The notes under the pieces are model-generated. The model ran no database searches, was not told the origin of the DNA, and was given only the letters and a program-made list of their open reading frames with translations. Source: Octopus vulgaris (Eukaryota). Taken from it: a stretch of 64,000 nucleotides of DNA. Below are positions 56,740-64,000 of the stretch, piece after piece; the first letter of the stretch is position 1; each line of letters opens with the position of its first letter. The stretch is from contig OX597822.1 of NCBI GenBank assembly GCA_951406725.2, positions 10,354,001 to 10,418,000 of the forward strand, written 5' to 3'. A program made the position numbers and the translations under genes.

Positions 56740-57258
56740 TTCATCTAGGCCGTCCCTTGGGGCGCTCTTCATAGGGGGTTTCGGTTGCACATACTCTAGG
56801 TGTCACCGGGCGCTACTGCATGTGGTACCGCAGTTTCCATCTACCTGGGAATATTGGGGTGTCATCCATTATCTTGTATTCAAGATACCCTGCATGACAC
56901 CCTGCTAGTTCAAAGCCAGGAATCTTATATGTTAGGTCGTGCCGATAAGTAAATCCACGCCTGGCTGCTGACGATTCAATTTATTGTCGCTGAGGTTTTG
57001 TCTGTCTCCTACGCTTTGATTTGTTTGGCCTGGTAGGACCTGCCTGAAGATTTCCCCAAGTCCAGCATAACTCTCGGGTCAATGGAGCACATAGGCACTT
57101 CACTGCCACAAGGTACTTGTTGAATTGGCCATTGACTATACAGTAGTTCTTCCGCCCTTGGACGGGTCTTATTTTTCGTCCCGCAGGGTGTTCAACAATC
57201 ACTCACCCTCCTCACCAAGCAAGATCGATGGGGTTGCCAGTTTAGTCATCGGCGACTA
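56740..57258 (-). mobile_element. Probable RTE-clade LINE 5' UTR region
   Basis: Reverse complement accttgtggcagtgaagtgcctatgtgctccattgacccgagagttatgc...ggcaggtcctaccaggcc...ggagacagacaaa resembles RTE 5' UTRs as I recall them; not verified by search. Confidence 0.45.
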
Positions 57259-57321
<63 letters not shown>

Positions 57322-59117
57322 TGTGTGTGTGTGTGTGTGCCTCTGTGTGTGTGTGTGTGTGTGTGTATGTGTGTGCGTGTATGTGTGTGTGTATTTTATT
57401 TATTTGCCAGTACGGCTAGAATGCTAGTATTCACTTGTCACTAGTGATGTACTATCGCTCTCATATTCTCATATTTGCTTATATATATACATACAGGGAG
57501 AGAAAGAGAGAGTGAGAGAAAGAGAGGTAGAGAGAGAAAATGGTAGCAGGTGGGGGTCAGTAGAATGCGACTTGGACAGAAGCTGAGGTTTTCTCTTCCT
57601 TGGTCGGGTCATGTACATGAGTGTACATGCTGGGAGAACCGAAATACCCAGCGATCCGATGATACAACACTGACGATGGCTGCAAGTATTGTATCGCTAG
57701 ATGCATTTGAAACTATTACGAGAAAGTTGTGTAGATTCAAATGTGGAAAGACCTTCATTGCAATAGGGAAATATTCCTTATCGATAACGGGTATGAAAAC
57801 TATCCAACTTGAGCTATGAATGATACCATCAAACTAGACATGCGTCTCTGCGTTGTTATGCTTTATCGACTATAAACAATAATAAATTTTGTCGTTTATA
57901 GCCCACAACGAACGGCAAATGATAAATTTGCTGGTGTGTGCAAAGCTTTGTAATACTGTTTGTACGATTTTGATTAATTTATGTCTGTAATTTTCAGAAC
58001 ATATGGTGTAGCTTTTAAACACTCGGCATAGCTTTTCATGTAAAGGAAAAATACTGCTATATATCATGTTGCATTTGAAATGAGTATATGAACAGCTATG
58101 ATATATCGTGAATAATTACTTATTATTAAAGTGGATTTGTTTTCAAATTTCTTCACTCTTAAGCTCATTATGTACAATAATATAATGCAGGATAATATTA
58201 TCATATAATTAGCGGCAGTATACTTTCCAAATTATCACATCATATCACGAATTTAATACATTGAAGCAGTTCGCTTCACAAGAATGCAATATCTGGCTTC
58301 TGGCTGTTGCGTGGTACCTTCGGCAAGTTTCATCTCCTGTATCCCCAGACAGACCAATGCTCATGTGAGTGAATTTGATAGTTGGAAACTGCGTAGAGAA
58401 CCGTTGTATATGCTTGCATGCCTAATACATGCATATATGTCGGTGAATTAAATAAAAACACACCATTAGGCTACGAATCATATCATCGGGTCGCAGAACG
58501 CACGGGTTTCTGCGTCGTTAGCTTTCATCAGTTAAGGACGCCAAATTAGTCGTTCACAGAAACGCATATAGTGGAATCAAAGGTGTGGGGCGAGAAGAAA
58601 AACAGCAGAGGTTTCGTTAAAAAAATGTTCCGTTAAAAAAAAAGAAAAGAAAAATACAGAGAGCCATAAAATATTCGAATATTAAACAAAATATGTGGAT
58701 TAGATTCTACATAGGCCTTTGGGGGATGTGGGCTTAGTGAAGAATATATAAACACGAAAGATGTGGTTAATAGACCAGAAAGCTCAAACTAACCGAGCAA
58801 TAAGTACCTCATCCCATAAATATACATGTGTAAATTAATTCTGTACGGGTGTATTTTGAAAGATTTTTTTTATCCTTTCTAGTAATTTATTTTTCAGTCT
58901 TCCTTGAGCAGTTTTTATGGAAATCTTTTGGAAATTTCGTCACATATTTACAAACCATTCCACTGTTAAACTAGCTTTTAACTCTTTACTGACTAGATTC
59001 GCAATGAAAATTCATATCTTACATGCTTTATATTAAATTTGTATATCGTAAAGTGTTTGGATAGGAATTTGCAATAGAGCAAATATTTCTTTTGATTAAG
59101 TTGATGATTGTAACATA

Positions 59118-59334
59118 CGGGGGAGTGTTGAAAAGCTCATGGCTTTGGGTAAAAGAAGATACAGAAGGATCAGTTAATTATGACTTTACTCAGCATATTC
59201 CCCATTCAGATTCGCACACTTATTGCAGCGATCCTTCAGTTTTTCTAAGTCCTGTAAAAGAACTCAGACATTTGTACCTCCAACCAGGCCTTCAGCAACA
59301 CCTTTAAAGTCAGGAAATTTTCAGCACCTTCTCG
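59118..59334. mobile_element. Tc1/mariner-type MITE
   Basis: TA|cgggggagtgttgaaaagctcatggcttt ... aaagtcaggaaattttcagcaccttctcg|TA: ~29-bp imperfect TIRs and a TA target duplication. Confidence 0.8.
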
Positions 59335-60433
59335 TAATAGAAGGAAAACTTCTAACATAAAATTACATTGAAGTTTTGTAACTTTAAGCGAGTAACTCTA
59401 CAATTAATCAGTTTTAAAACTGATTGAAAGCCGTTCTTCAAAAGCATTGTCACTGATCTGTTTTCAGTTATTTTACAAAAGTGGATAGTAGAATTTCATA
59501 CTGATCAATGATTAGCCATCAATATTAAGTAATAATGTAACACATATCAAAATATCGTCAAATACATTCACACCTTCAAAAAACAGAAAAAGACTGACAA
59601 GCACTACAAAGAAAAGCATATGATTTGATTTAACGTCAAAGGAGAAATAAGTATTTTGGATTAGATACATGAAAATGTAATTAAAATGGAATGTAAAGAA
59701 CTTAGCATCGCCAGAAACAAGTAAACCGTTCGGGTCGAAATTTCCTCTTCAATTACACCAAAGAAAACTGTAAATAGTTTAAATGGACATGAAGAGAGCA
59801 CATTGGTATACTACACGCATATTATGCAGCTACACTCTATCCTTAGAAGACACAGAAGATTTATATGCAAAACTACACATTTATGTAATATAAAAAGTAG
59901 CACTGCTAGACACTATATACATAATACAAGATTTCAACTCAGTGGTGAAAGAGGAAGAAAATAAAACACTGTGACTATCCTATGCGTGCAGAGATGTTAG
60001 GTAGTGTAGTGAAAGCAGAAAAATATAAATGAAAATAATAGAATAATAAGAATAAATTAATGTTCTGTGAGGAACAGTAATTTCTAGAATTTCATTCAGT
60101 GAAGTATGAAAGTTCAAGGATACGATGTAGGATACGAAGTATCCATTCTCAAAACATTTGTTTCCATCTTGTCAGAAGGCCTAGAGCCACCCACGACCCG
60201 ATTTTCTCTTTTTACTATAATCTTCAATTTTCATTGTTGTATGTGTATTGTATGTGCATGTGTGTGTGTGTGTGTGTGTGTGTGCGTGAGCGTAATGATT
60301 TGATTGCTTGTGGGTCTAGAGGGGATGAATAACGGCAGTATATATAGATACAGAAGGAGTCAAGGAGTAGCATGACGAACGCCATTGGTAGTGGTCTTAA
60401 TACGGAAAAACTGGTAAAAAAAAATCAAATTAC

Positions 60434-60532
<99 letters not shown>

Positions 60533-60924
60533 AATATACTTGTATATAAGCATGTGTGCGTGTGTGTGTCTGTGTGTGCGCATGTATGCATGGATATATA
60601 TATATGTTTGTATGTATGATGTTTTAAAGAGATTTCTGTTGAAAGGAAAAAAAAAAACAACAACGATTTAGCTTTTAAAAAATAAATCTCTGGGATATAA
60701 AATAAAATAAAAACAACAACTAACAAATCTTGTAATTGCAACCAGATTAATTTTATGCAAATTACGAGATGTATAAGATTAGAAGCTGGTTATATTTCTG
60801 TTACATTTTGTCACGTTAGTTAAATGGAATGAAGTGAATGTCTACCAAGTCTTTCGTTTGTTCATTTTGAATTATATATTTTCATGTTTAAATTACAGGG
60901 CATATATATTATACATATAAACAC

Positions 60925-60974
<50 letters not shown>

Positions 60975-60989
60975 GTATATATATAAAAT

Positions 60990-61140
60990 TTAAAAAAAAG
61001 AGAGCAACAAATACGCGAGGACGTGGTACATGTAATGTATTAGCAGGCGCTCAGGAAAGGAAGGAAAAAATGGTTTAACGTTTCGAGCAAGACTCTTCTT
61101 TAGAAATAGAAGGGAAGTCCAAAGGAAGGGAAGACGGAAT
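60990..61140 (-). mobile_element. Penelope-like short element with decayed hammerhead core
   Basis: Reverse complement reads ttt-CTAAAGA-A-gag-tcttg-ctc-GAAACGTT-aaac; shares acgcgaggacgtgg with 30485-30690. Confidence 0.6.
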
Positions 61141-61142
61141 AT

Positions 61143-61206
<64 letters not shown>

Positions 61207-61273
61207 TCACACACACATATATATGTGTAGGTGTATGTGCGAACCTATTTGGTCGCTTGTGGATCTGGAGGAG

Positions 61274-61305
<32 letters not shown>

Positions 61306-61355
61306 CACGTATATATATATATATACATACATGTATATATATATGTATATATATG

Positions 61356-61405
<50 letters not shown>

Positions 61406-61429
61406 AATATGTATATATATATATATATA

Positions 61430-61477
<48 letters not shown>

Positions 61478-61483
<6 letters not shown>

Positions 61484-61878
61484 TTACTTTTTCAGTCATT
61501 AGACTGCAGCCATGCGGGAACAGTTGGTTGAAGACTTTTAGTCGAAAGAATCGACCCCAGTACTTATTAGTTATTTTTATTAGTAAGGCCTATCTAGTGC
61601 TTATACTACCGCTCTCTTTGCCGAACTGCTAAGTTACGAGGACATAAACAGACAAATACCAGTTGTCAAGTGGTGGTGAGCGACAAGCAAAGGCACAAAG
61701 AGATACGCACATATATTTATATATATTTATATATATAAAGTTTCTGCCTACAAAATCCTCTCATAAATCTTTGGTCGGCCGAATGAAGACGCTTGGCTAA
61801 GGTTCCACACTGTGGGACTGAACCAAAAACCGTATTGTTGGGATTCGAACTTCTTACCACACAGCCATGCCTGCACCT
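61478..61878 (-). mobile_element. Old SINE family B
   Basis: ttcagtcattagactgcagccatg tail and cttaccacacagcc head. Confidence 0.75.
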
Positions 61879-61900
61879 ATACATACATACACAGGTTTGC

Positions 61901-61964
<64 letters not shown>

Positions 61965-62011
61965 ACGCACACACACACACACACACACACATAAATTCGG
62001 TATGTGATGCG

Positions 62012-62253
62012 TTAATAAATAAAAATATATGGTAAATAAATAAACAAACGACATGGCGTATACTGAGGTAGAACTGGACGGGAGACAGACACAGAAGGTC
62101 CCTAATTCTTCATAAGTTATCAACCAATTGGTAATACTCAGTTTCGCACGAAGAATTAAGGGCCTTCTCTGTCTCTCTCCCCTCCGGTTGTACACTCACC
62201 ATACGTTATGCCATTTGTTTATTTGCCACACATTTTTTTCATTTATGACACAT
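62012..62253. repeat. Imperfect long hairpin (MITE-like foldback)
   Basis: agaaggtccctaattcttc (62093-62111) pairs with gaagaattaagggccttct (62150-62168); pairing extends outward to aaataaacaaa/tttgtttattt. Confidence 0.65.
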
Positions 62254-62696
62254 ATGTATCTATAGATACATACATACATACATACATACATACATACATA
62301 CATACATACATACATACATACACACACACATATATATACATATATAAATGGACATTCTATTTGTGGGAATGAGCAATCAAATCCTTCTCAAGTTATATAT
62401 AATACTACGAATGAGTATGACCATGAGCCATCGCGTAGTCCTAGAAATACTATTCATTAAAAATGTGTTATTCTGTGTTGATATGAGACCAATCATAACA
62501 ACCATTTTGATACCTACATATGGTATATATTTACATCTAGGTATACTGGGTCATATATATTTAGTGTTTTTGTGAAGGCCTACTAGCAACTATCAAACCT
62601 TATCTAGGTCTTTCTATATCCAACATTCAATAAAGTGTCTATATTTCCATGGAAACGTCTTCGATATCTCTTGAGCATCAATATTTCTTATTGCTT

Positions 62697-63120
62697 TAAG
62701 GCGGCGAACTGACAGAATCATTATCGCACCGAATAAGATACTTAACTACAGTTCTTGCGACTTTAAGTTCTGAGTTCAAATGCGGCCGGGGTAGACTTTG
62801 CCGTTTATTCTTTCGGGCTGATAAAATAAGTTCCAGTTGAGTACTGCTGTCGATGAAACCGACTTGTCTCCTCCTCCGAAATTTCTGGCCTTGTGCCTGA
62901 ATTTGAGATCAATATTTCCTACTGCTTTAAGGATGTGAGCTGGCAGATTCGTTATGGTGTTTGACAAAACGGTTAGCAACGTCTTTTCGGACTTTTCCTG
63001 TTCTGAGTAGAAATGTCACCGACGTCCACTTTGCATTTCGTCTTTCGGTTCTCTTGGGGAATCGATGAACCCTAATTTCTCCTCTTCTAAAATTACTGGC
63101 TTTGTACCGAAAATTAAAAA
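62697..63120 (+). mobile_element. Two diverged SINE family A copies
   Basis: aaggcggcgaactgacagaatc head; ctggccttgtgcc tail. Confidence 0.7.
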
Positions 63121-64000
63121 TATTGTCACATTCTCTGACGTTTAATTAAATCACTTCAGTTAAATTTTTGGTTTAATATCATTTAATTTTTGTGGAGGCG
63201 CATGGCTTAGTGGTCATGGTGTTGAACTCATGGTCCTAAAATTGTGGTTTCGAATCTGGGATCGGGCAATGTGTTGTGTTCTTGAGCAAAACACGTCATC
63301 TCACGTTACCCCAGTCCACTCAGCAGATAAAAATGAGTAATCCTATGACGAACGGGCGTCCCGACCAAGGAGGAATATATACGTTAGTGAAACCGGTCAA
63401 CTGGCCCTGTGCTCCTTGCGGAGTAATGTGGGCTAGCCATTATTTAATGTTATTCATTTCATATCCAAGTGGTCCATCTAAAGGTTTAGTAAACCAAAGC
63501 GTTCCTCAACAAAAAACTTCTCCGATTCAATACATGCAACATATTTTCTATTCTATTCCGGATGCGAACTACTTTTCTCTAACGTCATTCGGCTGATTAC
63601 ATTAGATTTATTTAGAATGTGGCGTAGGAATATGTCTTTACATTACGCCACTTGTAAAGGGGAAAGGCTTTTTGTTATTGTCGTCTCCTTGCGATTGTGC
63701 GATGGTTTAATAGTTTCTTGATATAGTCTTAGTTGTTGTTGCTGTTCTTGATTTGTCCCTCATCCGTTGAGCAGCTTTGGGATTTGTTCGGCATTATAGT
63801 AATTGCATATCCAGATTTGTGCCTGTGAATGTGGATATATATGAGTGTGTTTTTGTATGTGCGTATGTGTGTGTGTGTATGCGTGTGAGTATGTATGTGT
63901 ATGTGTGTGCGGATATATATAATATGTCTTAATGTGTTTGCGTGTGTGATGTGTGTGTGTGTGTATGTGTATGTGTGTGTGTCTGTTTCTTTCTTCTCTC

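Noticed and set aside
57160-57260. HDV-like ribozyme near the RTE-like 5' end
   Set aside because: A P1-like pairing and a TCCTCAC loop are visible on the plus strand, but P2, P3 and the J4/2 catalytic C could not be assembled.

Overview
Repeat-dense, AT-rich animal genomic DNA, very probably octopus (inferred from the tRNA-derived SINE families and the extreme TA/CA/GATA/TAA microsatellite load). Almost all ORFs in the supplied track are microsatellite artefacts. The one clear host coding feature is a 209-bp minus-strand exon (41265-41473) encoding the N-terminal 46 residues of a Pitx homeodomain; the ORF track missed it. The rest is Pitx intronic or upstream DNA containing three SINE families, Dong/R4-like and RTE LINE fragments, a Helitron, a Helentron-like element, a mariner MITE and candidate promoter islands. 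The most striking signal is a set of short non-coding elements sitting in (TA)n tracts that carry minimal type-I hammerhead ribozyme motifs, as in Penelope-like pLTRs. Some have fixed non-canonical cores. Two are head-to-head palindromes with a hammerhead on each strand, and they flank the Pitx homeobox exon next to a nested 1.4-kb foldback. All calls are by eye; no searches or folding were run, and repeat boundaries are approximate.
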